DNA of 64,000 nt from Ascoidea asiatica JCM 7603. Lineage: Eukaryota > Fungi > Ascomycota. Made by a program: the position numbers and the translations under genes. Under the pieces are notes generated by a model that saw only the letters and a list, made by a program, of their open reading frames with translations, was not told where the DNA came from and did no database searches. The DNA lies in contig BCKQ01000018.1 of the NCBI GenBank assembly GCA_001600695.1, forward strand, positions 202,103-266,102. The letters run 5' to 3'. Shown here one piece after another: positions 34,760 through 46,783 of the stretch (its first letter is position 1; every line of letters begins with the position of its first letter).

Positions 34760-35453
34760 TTCTTTATCAGAAGCCTAGTATCTACTACTTTCAATAAACA
34801 AAAGACCTCTTATTGGTTCAATTTCTAAAAATGGTAAACTGCGATGAACTCAAAATAATTATATTCGTTAATTGTATTTTTTTCATAAAAAATATGTTTT
34901 TATTTTTTAACAATCAAATTTAAATTGTAATTATTGTATTTGTTTTTTTTTAATTTTTCTTTTAAAAATTTTTGATTTCACTCTTATATAAAATTCTTTC
35001 AATTTCATAAAATAAGGATAATACAGTAAAAGCTAATTGACAAGAAATAATGTTTATTAAAATTAAATAAAAAGAAAATAAGTAAGTTATTCCAAAGGAT
35101 GAAAAATATAAAAAATGCGATAACTCGAAACTTGATAAAATGTCCCAAAGAAGCAATAAAAGTCTGCTTGATTTAGACAATTTATAAATAATAGAGAAGT
35201 AAAATAAAAAATTAAAATGAACTTGTAAACGTAATTAATAAAAATAACCAAAACCAGAAAATAAAAAAATGAAAACAAACTAAATTGACATAAATTTACA
35301 ATGACCAAAGTAAGATAAAGGTCAGGAAAAATCATTGAGAAAACCATAGGCTAGACCCAAAAAACATATTTTTTAAAAAAAAAATTCTTCTTTAAATAAC
35401 TTTTAAAAGTTAAAATCCTTGACATTCTTTTTGATTTTTCAAGTTAAAGCATT

Positions 35454-36290
35454 CTAACAAGAAACTAGATCAATAATTTGTAAATAAATTTTTTGACAAT
35501 GAGAACCAAGAGATTCATCATATAAGTTGTAAAAAGATCCGGATAAACATTGATAGAAGATTGTATTGTTACCGATAGCTAAATACCCATCTTCACTTAT
35601 GCTCCAACCAGCAGCATAAATGGCACCAGCTTGTGGTGGTGGACCATCGAATTGAAATTGTCTATTTGCGACAATTGAACCAATACGTCCAGAAGCATCA
35701 GTTAAGATTGATTTTTTCAAAGTCATTGCAAGAGTAGAATCTGTTAAACAAGCAACAGAAAATCCAGATTCATCAGTTGCAACACTCGTTTCAGAAGAGG
35801 AGGTAGAAGTGGCATCGGAGTCAGAATCCGAAGTAGCTTGAATTTGTCCATCAGTTATTTGACTAACAGCATTTGTTGTTTTAGTTGTAGCTTGTATTTG
35901 ACCATCACCGATTTGGGAAACTGGAGTTGCAGAAGCGACAGTTGTTTTAGTAGTTGCTTGTATTTGACCATCACCAATTTGTGTAATAGGTACTGCAGTT
36001 GAAGTTGATTTAGAAGAAGTTGATGCAGTGGAAGTTGTAGCTTGAATTTGACCATCACCGATTTGAGAAATAGGAACAGCAGTTGTTGTTTCACCTCTTT
36101 TTGCTTTAGAAACAGTAGTAGTAGAAGAATTACTTATAGTCACAACAGCAATACCGAAAGTTGAAACATAATCAGAAGTTCCACCAGACAATGTTTGACT
36201 TGGAGTTAAAGTGGACCAAGGTTCAGAAGGGACGTAAGCAGCTAAAGCTAATGAAATAATTGTGGATAAAGAAATAGATCTGAATAACAT
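35454..36290 (-). CDS. PIR-family cell wall protein
   Basis: Signal peptide, [12 protein letters not shown], Kex2 site KR, four (S/T)QI(G/T)DGQIQA repeats, [22 protein letters not shown] and a four-Cys C-terminus. Confidence 0.95.
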   Translation of the reverse strand: MLFRSISLSTIISLALAAYVPSEPWSTLTPSQTLSGGTSDYVSTFGIAVVTISNSSTTTVSKAKRGETTTAVPISQIGDGQIQATTSTASTSSKSTSTAVPITQIGDGQIQATTKTTVASATPVSQIGDGQIQATTKTTNAVSQITDGQIQATSDSDSDATSTSSSETSVATDESGFSVACLTDSTLAMTLKKSILTDASGRIGSIVANRQFQFDGPPPQAGAIYAAGWSISEDGYLAIGNNTIFYQCLSGSFYNLYDESLGSHCQKIYLQIIDLVSC

Positions 36291-38194
36291 GTTTTTATAT
36301 TATATTATATTATATTGAATTTGAAATTAAGTTTATATTTGTATTTTAAGGATAATAATACTTTTCTTTTTGATTATATTATATTTTATTTATAGTGAAT
36401 TGAGTTGAAATATATAATTGAAAACTATCTTAAAGCTTGATGATATGGAAATTAATCTTTCAAATTCAAAAATATTTAAGAAATTCTTTATCTATTTATA
36501 TTAAAATTTTTAGAAAAAATGATTTATCATTTCTTTTAAATTAATATACAATTTCATCCTATTCTAAGAAAGATCATAGTTTTGATTAGGAAAATATATT
36601 AAAATGAATCAATTCAAAATAAAAAAATTTAATTGAAAAAAAAACACTGAACCAAAATACCAATTTGAATAAAGATAAACATCGTCATTATTGATTTAAA
36701 TCAAATTTCATTGTATAATTTTAAAATTTAATTAGACTAATAAAATTACCTGTGAATTAAAAACTTTGGTAAGTGTGAAATTTTTTGAAGCTCAAAATAG
36801 CCAGCCAACTTAATTTTATATGACAGCCATTTTCATTTTGAAGCAAGCAAAATAGTTAAATTTTATTGACGAAGATAAAACAAATCACATAAACATAAAT
36901 ATTGTTATTTGAAATCAATAAAGCACTATCCTTGCCTAATTTTATTCCAGTTCATTTGTATTGTCAAAAATAAAAATATTACAATTATCAAGTTGATTTT
37001 TGCTGGAGGAAATTATAAAAATTGATCTCAAACAAACTTGTTACAGGTCGAAATAAACACACTTTTTCAGCTGGATGTGTTCTAGAAAACTATTTTAAAA
37101 GTAAACAACGGATTTTTGGGAAAATAAAAGCAGATTTTACACTTGATTCCGGATTTCAAATTTTTTTTTCCAGCATCCGGATAATCAGGATTTTGTTCAA
37201 GAAACCATTTATTTGGGACTTCTTTTCCCCACTTCTCTACCTGCAGAACGGCAAAATTTCCTTTTTGGGGTTTTCTGTTAGTCACAAAAAGTGCATTGTT
37301 GCGGAAATCTCCATTAGTAGAGATTGCCAGATTCTCAGAGGCAGTGGTGAAACACCTTTGCAGAATAAAGCAATACGAGCCCCTTGTTTTAGGATCCGAG
37401 GTAATGTTATCGTTGTCAAAAATATAAAGATCCAAGACACCTCAAATCCTTCTAATTTATCACCTTTTTAAAACTTTGACTATTGATTACAGTACAATTT
37501 GAAAGTTTCTTTGCTAGAGATAAATGCTGTACCAGCACTGTAAGACACTCATTTAGGTGGACCATAATATCTTACGATATGTTTGAGAAATTGATCTGAC
37601 CTTTATTGTTCGGAGACTGTTATTCTTATTGGAATAAGTCAATATATGCTACTACTGCTCTAGTAAAGCAAACTCTAGAAAATTGTCAACAAATTCACTC
37701 TTACAAGTTTTTATATGAAAATACAGTAGCGAAACAAATGAAGAGCTAATTATTTTGAATGAAATTTGTATTTAAATTTTTATTAACGTTAAAATTAAAG
37801 AAAAAATGAAAGATAAAAGAATTAGAGAGAAAATAAAAAAAAATTAAAAAAAGTTGAAGCGTGAAATATGATAATGATAATTAATGATAATAATATAACA
37901 GAAGAAGAAATGTAAAAGGCTATTAAATAACAAAACAAAATAAATCAATATTAAAAAAAAAAGATAAATAAAATTATGAACAAAAAGATTCTTGATATTT
38001 CTTAAAATTGAAAATATAATGACACTTTGATTTTTTTTAAACTTTTAACTGTTTGTTGTGTGTAAATAAAACAGATTTATGCAATAGAGATTTGAAGATT
38101 GAAAGGAATAAGCTTGAATGAAACTTTTTGAATAAACAGCAATAAAAAAAGAAATCAATTTATAAAATGATTACCTAATGCTTGATTAATTGAA

Positions 38195-38671
38195 TTATTC
38201 AACATGTTTACCTTCAATGCAAACAGAACAGAAATTATGAAAACAGTTTGGGCAAAAACTATCACACCATTGAAAAAAAGGTCTAACCAAATCATCTTTT
38301 TCGATGAATTCATCTAATTTAAATTCATTTTCTTCATGACCACATTTACAACATTTCCAATCTATAGTTCCATTTTTGATTAACTGTTTAGTTAATTTTC
38401 TAGTAATTGGATATAACTCTTTATTTGGATATTTTTCATAAGCTTTAGTTTCAACTAAAGTTTCTTCACTTTCAATTCTTTTAGCTGATTTTGGAACTCT
38501 CTTTTTTGGTACCATTCTATAATACTGACCATTAACATAAACTAGTTTACCTTTTTCATTATTACTATTTTCAGAAGAATGTGAGCTGCTTGTTTCGCTA
38601 GTATCCATTGATACACTGTTTCTTCTGTTTGGGTTTTTAATACCACCAAGTTTAAGAAATCCCAGACCCAT
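38195..38671 (-). CDS. Small orphan protein with a C-terminal Cys/His cluster (putative zinc finger)
   Basis: AAAAATG context and host-like codons; WKCCKC...CPNCFHNFCSVC. Confidence 0.75.
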   Translation of the reverse strand: MGLGFLKLGGIKNPNRRNSVSMDTSETSSSHSSENSNNEKGKLVYVNGQYYRMVPKKRVPKSAKRIESEETLVETKAYEKYPNKELYPITRKLTKQLIKNGTIDWKCCKCGHEENEFKLDEFIEKDDLVRPFFQWCDSFCPNCFHNFCSVCIEGKHVE

Positions 38672-41554
38672 TTTTTTATTTGAATCTATTACTATTAAAG
38701 ATTGTTTGATGAGTTGAAAGAAAATAAATTATATATATAAATATTGAAATTATTTGATAAGATGATATATAGTTGTATTATTAATATATTACAAGTCTTA
38801 TTTATTATAATGTACTATTAATACTAATTATTATTATATTATTATTTCTATATTTATTAATATTTTATTATTATATTATTATTGAACTTTTTATTATTGA
38901 TATTACTATTATAATTAGAGTAAATAAATAAAAAAAGTATATAAAGCAAGTTAACTTAGTTGAATTCAATAAATGAGGAAAATACAATACTTTATAAATT
39001 AAAGATTTAAACGTTGAAAAAATTTGGGAGAAAACCGTTGAATTTTATATTAGAAATTTCTTCCTTGCCTGAACGTTTAATGCCAATGAAAAAACTTCTT
39101 TTCATCACAGACAGTAGAAAAAGACTCTTCTATTCGCATTTTATTGAATCTCCTTTGTAAATCAAAATTCTCTTACAAATTAGAACAGAACTTTAACCAA
39201 AGGCCTAAGAACTATAAACCTAAAACTGGGAAAATGATCTGCACTATCAAAAACTTAAGATACTTAACTTTTAAAATTATTACGTTTCAATTTTCTACTT
39301 TTATTTTCGTACTGTGTTAAAGAGTATTTTCCTGTCTTTGTAAGTACTCTCGCGATTACCGCGAGAACTGTTATCAAACTGGTGGTTATTCACCATATTT
39401 TATGAATTTATGACGTTAAATTGAGTAATGAATTAAACTACAATATTAAATTTTTTCCATTATTAAACCTCTTCCTTGAAATCAAATTTCTTCATGGATC
39501 AAAAATTTGTTGTTGGAAGCTATTCAAATGGGCTTAAATTCTTTCCATTTTGTTACCCATTCTAGAGGCCGAAGTTCATATTTACTGGATTATCTAATGA
39601 TTGAAGAAACCATCTGAATCACAACAGTGATTCAGCTCATTTTTTTAGCTTAGTGCTCAAGTTGAATCAAGCCTTTAATTCAAATTTCAATTTTTCGTTA
39701 AAAGTAAAATTTATTTAAAAGGTAAGTAAATTATTCGGAAAAAAATTTCTCATATTCTTCCAGTTAAAAATTATGGTAATCCCTCTTTGTTCGCAATCAA
39801 AACAATTGCTTTCCCAGAGAAATGAAAATAAAATGCGCTAAACGGCCCTGTTGTAATGATATATTTTGCAACAGTGAATATCTTCTAAGAAATGAAGTAA
39901 AGTTTATCCAAAAAGACAAAATCGAGTTTCTTCCGATTCTATACTATCCGATATAACTATGGCCCGCTGTTTAACGTTACATTACGCTGAAACAATCTTT
40001 GGATATCGTTAGCGCAACGTAATTCAAAAGTAAAGTAACGTTAATTTGTTGACTTATCTTCACTGAGTTCGCAAATATAAGTCCTTTTCCTCACATGTAG
40101 AAGCTGTCTACTTCCATGTTAGCTTAGCTTGTTATCAATTCACGAAATGGTTAAGATTTTTAAAGCAATAAGAAATATAAAAACGCGATTCATAAGGTAA
40201 TATTTTAGAAACTACGAGATGGTAATAACTTAAATTAGTAATGAAACAATTGCTTCTTTTAGTATAAGTAAAAGTTCAACTATCATAAGGTCTTTATAAC
40301 TTTTTTAAAATTATTTTGAAAAAGAATATCTCTTATAATTATAGCAATTACAGCTAATTTTTTTTTGACTGGGAAAATTCAAATACAGCTAGTCAGTCTA
40401 AGTTATTATTAATAAACGTATGTGCTTTTCGAGAAATTCTGTACTTATTACAAATTCAATATCGGTTTTGTATAAAATTATGAAATTGATCAAAATATCT
40501 GGAAAACAACTTTTAAACGGAAAGCATATAAACTTTTCAAATTAAAATTTCCTATCGTTACAAAAATTTATAAATCTCAAATTTATATCTGAATTTACTT
40601 TTTGGATTGAGTTTGAATAAATAATTCCGGCAATTGCGAACCTCAATATTAATTTATTTGTTCATAAATATTTGAACAATCTCTGCAAAATGAATATTAC
40701 TGTAGTAATAATTTCAATGTAACAATATGAAATCTTTCACTAAACAGACACCGTACTTTTCCTTGTTATGATTCATAATGAAGTTACTTTTTTTTCCTTC
40801 TTTCATTTTAATTTATCAAAGCAACATTATTTCTCTGTACTCCACTTTATTAAAGGTACAGCTGTTTTTTTTTTGTTTTCTTGACATTGATTACTTTATA
40901 CAATTTTGCTTTAAGCAAATATTGTTGTTACAATTCAGTGTAGATATACAATAGGCATTTCTAAAATTAGGACAACCACTGTAATTTCTGCTTTAAGGGA
41001 TATGTTAGCCTACCTACAGTATTTTATCTTATTTAAGTTTCCGAGAAAACTTAGAACTAGAACATTTTAGTATAATATTTCAACATCACACCCTTTATTT
41101 AAAATTTCGCTTCCCCCCGAATAATATTCTCTTTTCAAGTCATGATATCATTTGATTTAAAAAATATATTTAAGCGAAAAGTAAACTTCAATTCATAAAC
41201 TTCATGAAATTCTTTTTCAATTTGAAAGAATACTCTCCAGCATAACTTTTCAATGGCACCATAATTAATTATTATTTCATTAGAGTTTTTATTGTTTTTT
41301 TGTAATAACTTTTAGGGAGATGTTTATATTAAAATCGTTTATAATTGAAAGTTAAATGATTTTAAAGATTCATCTGGTGAACGCGCCCAAAAAAAAATGA
41401 TTTCAGTGACTCTACATCTAAATACATAATTATACATAGAAGGAAAGTTTTAAAGTTCAAAAACCGTTGGGCCTAACGGTTCTGAAAATACTAAGAAATA
41501 AAAAATTGAGCACTTAGTTGCGACAATGCACACCTAGTTCCATTAATTGAAAAC

Positions 41555-42477
41555 TGTTAAAATTGTTTTCATTTAATTTACTTTTTTTTTTATGCTTTTA
41601 CAGGCAATTATTATTTCTTTATTTTTATTTCTTTTAAGTTTAATTCAAATATAATTCAACTATGAAACGTGACTTATTTTTTTATATCAAATGTTGGATG
41701 TTCAATGTATATGTTGTCAGTTGTTGTCAGTGGTTGTTGCTCGTTGTCACTCGTTGTCAAAAATATTTGAATTAACCTTTTTCTTATTATATTTTTGTTT
41801 CGCTCAATCACTAATATTGCTAAAATTACTTCAATTAAAAATGGATCCTCCACCTACTTATTTTCGAGCAACAAATGTTGAATGTGCCTTCAATCCCTCA
41901 CTGGTTGATAGCCAATCGGAAGAATCAATCATAAAAAAAGCAGTAATTCGAAAACGTTGGGAGCAAAGTAAAGATAATTGACCAGCTCAAATATAAGGGA
42001 ATTAAATAAGTTTCTATTAAAATACTGTGAAGAACCAAATTTGTATCATATGACTCAACAAAAGTGAGATTGATTACGAAACTATTTAGGAATAATCTGA
42101 TTGGTTTATCCTGTAACATTCGGGCTTGGCTTTTAGAGGGTCAAAAGGTTAATCATAGCGCTGAACATTTTTGCCATTGCTACAGAGGTACTAAAAATAA
42201 AAAAAGAAAATTAAGAGTAATTGACGTTTCAAGTGATAAAGAAGATTAATTAACCCAAATTCACAAAACTATATAAATATGTCTGTTTTTGTCTACGCTG
42301 TTTTTACTTTTATATGGTTTTCACATTATCGAGTTTTATATTTACTATTTTACATATATTAATTCAAAATATTTATTATTAATATATTTATAATATTGAC
42401 CTCATTTTTCATTATTGTTGATAATTTTTAAATTAAAACAACTTAATTTATTCCATGATGTCTCCAGAATCCCAACA
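41555..42477 (+). repeat. 5' LTR (923 bp)
   Basis: TGTTAAAATT...GAATCCCAACA; homologous to 46784-47712. Confidence 0.95.
41841..42249 (+). pseudogene. Disrupted LTR-encoded ORF, copy 1
   Basis: AAAATG start MDPPPTYFRATNVEC... and end CHCYRGTKNKKRKLRVIDVSSDKED*; internal stops and 1-bp plus 4-bp deletions relative to the 3' LTR copy. Confidence 0.6.
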
Positions 42478-43381
42478 TGTTAGCGCCGCTGGTGCCACTA
42501 AAGCTTCAGATGTTTTCAATACTATCAACAATCTAGGTGTTTCTACTTTTGATGCAGGTGGTAAAAAGGTTACAGTTAAAGGTTTTAATTTAAGGATTAA
42601 TTTTGAAAAATTAATTGGTGTTTTCAATACTCAAGCTGGTTATATCGCTTGGTTAAGTAATTTTACAAATATAATTACTATGTTAAATTTAGGTGCTGTT
42701 GACAATCCAGCTGTCCCTGAAGATAATATTTCTGCTTATAATAATACTTATGTTAATCATATTTTAAACCTAGTTGTTGATGATAAGTATAAAATTTTTT
42801 TAAAGATTGGAAATACTGCCCGTCATAATTTGAAATTATTAGATTCACTTATTGGAACTGTTAGACATCAAACACAGTTACATTCAATATTATCAAAGAT
42901 TGAATGGGGTGGTGAAACCTCTGTTGAAGACCTATTAAGAAAAATTAATGGTATTGTACAAGAATATGAGAGAGGTTATGGTAGGATGGATGAATCCTTG
43001 TTTGTGGACTATCTTTTAAACGGTTTGAGAGGTTCTTTCAAACAAGTTGCAACAACGTTTATTACTTTAGATAAAGTTCCAACATTAGGTGAATTAATCA
43101 ATACTTTGGAGAATATTGCTGCAGTTAGTGGTAAATCCAGTATGCATTCTATTTCTTCCATTCAGTTTGGAACTGATAAGAAGAAAGGCAAAGGTGGTAA
43201 TAAGAAGACTAAAAAGAATATTACCTGTTTATATCGCAAAAAGAAAGGTCATGTTAAAAAGGACTGTTTTAAATTAAAGAAAGACAAGTCTGTTGGTGAT
43301 CAAAGCGATGATGATTCTGGTATGGTAAATGCATTATTGGATAATGCGAGGCCTAGCCAAATTGAACAGTCTAACTATTAG
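42455..43381 (+). CDS. Gag (starts inside the LTR; degenerate CCHC knuckle)
   Basis: Copia-type gag region (LLNGL..SFK), basic tract, CLYRKKKGHVKKDC (second Cys to Arg). Confidence 0.85.
   Translation: MMSPESQHVSAAGATKASDVFNTINNLGVSTFDAGGKKVTVKGFNLRINFEKLIGVFNTQAGYIAWLSNFTNIITMLNLGAVDNPAVPEDNISAYNNTYVNHILNLVVDDKYKIFLKIGNTARHNLKLLDSLIGTVRHQTQLHSILSKIEWGGETSVEDLLRKINGIVQEYERGYGRMDESLFVDYLLNGLRGSFKQVATTFITLDKVPTLGELINTLENIAAVSGKSSMHSISSIQFGTDKKKGKGGNKKTKKNITCLYRKKKGHVKKDCFKLKKDKSVGDQSDDDSGMVNALLDNARPSQIEQSNY
42478..42490 (+). other. Primer-binding site for initiator tRNA-Met (1 mismatch)
   Basis: TGTTAGCGCCGCT versus TGGTAGCGCCGCT, the complement of the yeast tRNAi-Met 3' end; immediately after the LTR. 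Confidence 0.85.
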
Positions 43382-46300
43382 TTCAGTTAATGATAATAAC
43401 ACTCATTTGTCTGAGAAAGTTATGTTAGATTCTGGTGCAAATGTTTGTGTTACGGATGACTTGGAAGTTATTCATAACTATGAAGTCTTTAACGATTCCA
43501 ACCTTAGATGTGAAGGTGTTGGAGGTAACCAGTTTAATGTTCAAGGTAAAGGTAAGTTGATTCTAAGATTAAGAAATCAATTGAAAGAACTTGATGTTAT
43601 ATATTCTCCTAATAATAGAAAAACTATTTTATCTGTTGGTGTTATGAAAGAAGCTAATATTCATCCAAATTTCAATTCTCAAATAATTGAATATAAAAGT
43701 AATAAAATTAAATTTCTTTTGAGTGATAAAATTCCATACTTTGATAAAAAGTATTTAGTCAAGAACTATAAAGGTATTAATACAATAAAAGCTAAAGGTG
43801 CTACATTACATGAAAGATTCGGACATATGTCCACGGAAAAATTAAATCAAGCAATAAAATGTGGTGCTATAACAATTGAAAATGATATTGAAATCGGTGA
43901 TTCTGCTGATTGTGATAGCTGTAAAAGAGGAAAATTATCTAAAGTTGCTTATAGATCAAGATCTCAGTACATTCAAAAATTAAAACCATTTGAAATTGTT
44001 GAAATGCATTTGATTGGTCCTATTAAGTTTGAACCAAAATTTATAATGGTACTTAGGGATAAATATACTAGTTTTACAACTACTTATTTTCTTAAATCAA
44101 AAACTGAAGTATTAAATAAAATAATTGAATTCAAAGAGTTTGTTGAAAGACAATTTGACTCAAAAATTAAACAGTTATTTTTTGATAATGGTACTGAATT
44201 CAAAAACAATGGTGTTTTACAATTCTGTAAGAAATTTGGTATTAAACCTATGTACACTTCTACTTATTCAAGTCGTGAAAATGGTAGTGTTGAGAGAACC
44301 AATAGATCTTTATTTAATATTGCTAGAACCTTAATGGTAGATGCTTCATTACCTAATAATTTGTTTTTATTCTGTTTAGAAACTGCAACAAGAATGGTTA
44401 ATAATATGTATAAGCCATTAAAAAAAGATACACCATATCATTATGTTACTAAGAAAGTACTTGATGGTACTAGGATTATTAATTTAGGTTCTAAAGTTTA
44501 TGTTAAATTACTTCCTGTCGAGTCAAAAGTTGCAGAAAAAGCAATTGTTGGAGTTTATTTAATGACTTCAAAGAATTCATATGGTCATATTGTTTATATT
44601 CCTTCAAAGGATAAAATCATTGATACAAGACATATCTATCCCGCAAATGAAAGATATTATAGTGAGAGAAATTATAATACCGATATGATTTATGATATTA
44701 TTTTAAATAATCATGAAACTTATGAATATCAAGAAGATTCAGAAGTAATAATTGAGAATGAAAATACTATTATTAAAGATAAAAACATTGTATCCTCGGA
44801 TGTCAACGATGATAATACAGCTGTAGAAAGAAGTGAATCTACTACAGATGGTGCAGTTACTGAGATGGTTAAAGAACCTAATAAAACTGTTGATAGTGAT
44901 ATTGTTGAAATACCCTCGGATAATCTTGATGAAAATCAAAATTCTTTCCAAAGATTAATCACAGAAGATGAGCAGGGTCCTTCCTTAGATGATCAAAATT
45001 ATACAGACAAGGCCATGGAGATAAAGGATAGAATGAACCTTAAAAGGCTATTAAATGATATTGGAGATGAAAATGTTCATTCGGAAAAGAAAGCAAGAGT
45101 TTTCTTTTTAGAAGCAAGTCCTAGGTTTATTAATTACTTTGTGATCAATGGGATAAATGTTGATGATAATAAAGTACCTAAAAATATCAATGATGCTTTT
45201 AAATTAGGATTTGCGGATGCAATTAATAAAGAATTAGAAAATCACAAATCTAATCGTACATTTAATATTCTGAAACCTGTAGATATTACTACAACAATTA
45301 AAAAGAATGCAATTCCATTTTTATGGGTATCCACTTATAAACACTCTGCTGGTGATAAATTAACTAGAAAGGCAAGATTAGTTGTTTCTAAAGATAAAGA
45401 AACTGATAGTGATACATATGGTAGTACTGTATTGGAAGATCAGGTTTTCAAATCAATTATTTGTTTTGGGGTTAAAAATAATCTCAAGTTTTCATCTATT
45501 GGCTTTTCTGCTTCATTTTTATATTCTCCTTTAGGTTATAATCTATATGGTAGATTGGAGTTAAATGATGGTATCAAATATGTATCAATTAACAGTTTAT
45601 GGATTAAGAAGGTCAAATTATTCATGGTATTCTATTCTAGATAAGTTGTTAATTGAATTAGGTTTCAAGAAAACTATCTATACTGATATTTTATATTTCT
45701 TTAAGAAAGGAAAGATAGTTGAATACATTATTTTGGTTTATGTTGATGATCTTACTGTTCTTCATTTAAATAAAGATGTTTTTGGTAGATTAAAGAAAAA
45801 CATTTGTCAAAAATTTAAGATTACTTATCAATTTCAACCTGAAATAGTCAAACATGTTGGTTATAAGAGTTATCAGAATGGGGGTGAAGGATCTATTTGG
45901 TTAAATCAAAGCCATTTGATTGAGAAATACTATGAATCAGTGAAAAATAAAACCCAAACTTTTAAGGATTGTCATCCATCTAAACTTAAGCTGATTGAAA
46001 AGTTTAATCCTGATATGTTTCCAATGAAGCTAAAAGCTAATGAATTAAAACAAAAAGTTAAAGATTTTAGAAAGATTGTTGGTCGATTAATCAATTTAGC
46101 TGGTCATTCCTGACCTGATATTTTATTTCATGTTCAATGTTTAGCATGGTTTGTTTATTTTCTTCATAAAATTTTATTTGGGTTCTGTTATCAATTATTA
46201 CACTAATTATATGATACAAGATATTTATTGTTACAATTTAAAATTAATTAAAGGTCAATTAAATATAAATTGAATTTATATTCTGATGCATATTTTGGAA

Positions 46301-46728
46301 ATCCATATTTACAGTTTAGATCTATGCTAAGTTATTGTATTTATTTAGAGGATACATTAATATTTTGAAACATTAAAACTTCACCAATGGTATGTGAAAG
46401 TACTTCAGGTGCTGAACTTTGTGCAATTGATCATTGTGCAAATGAATGTTTGTTTATTCAAGGTATTCTTCAGATTAATGTTCTTGATTTTTACAAATTA
46501 CCTGTTGTTACATGTCATTCTGATAATCAAGGTGGAATTAATATTGTCAAACATTCTTTTATGTCAGGAAAAACAAAGCACCTCAACATTAAGGAAGCTC
46601 ATATGAAAGAGCATTTTAAAAATAAAAAAGTCTGGTTAACTTGGATTTCTACTGAAAACCTAATGGCTGACATTTTTACAAAAGTTCTACAAAATATTAT
46701 TTTTGAAAAACATAAAAATAAGTTTTAA
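43350..46728 (+). pseudogene. Pol (PR-IN-RT-RNase H), +1 frame relative to gag, disrupted
   Basis: PR LDSGAN; IN HERFGH..CDSC, DNGTEF, ENGSVERTN with the first catalytic Asp read as His (EMHLIGP); RT YVDD; RH YSDA, SDNQ, MADIFTK. One frameshift near 45590 and stops at 46111, 46204, 46249 and 46366. Confidence 0.92.
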
Positions 46729-46775
46729 ACCTATAAAACATTTTAATTCTAATAAAAATAATTTGTTTTTATTAT

Positions 46776-46783
46776 GAGGAAGG
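46776..46783 (+). other. Polypurine tract
   Basis: GAGGAAGG directly before the 3' LTR. Confidence 0.8.

Noticed and set aside
37022-37471. Overlapping 149-aa and 117-aa ORFs on opposite strands
   Set aside because: Non-ATG starts and atypical codons; best read as the GC-richer upstream regulatory region of the PIR gene.
41691-41840. Upstream ATG extension (MLDVQCICC...) of the LTR ORF
   Set aside because: It translates the GTTGTCA repeat and T-rich leader; the AAAATG at 41841 starts the protein-like part. Not fully excluded.
43379-43381. Stop-codon readthrough as the gag-pol mechanism
   Set aside because: Pol is not in frame with gag, so a +1 shift is required.
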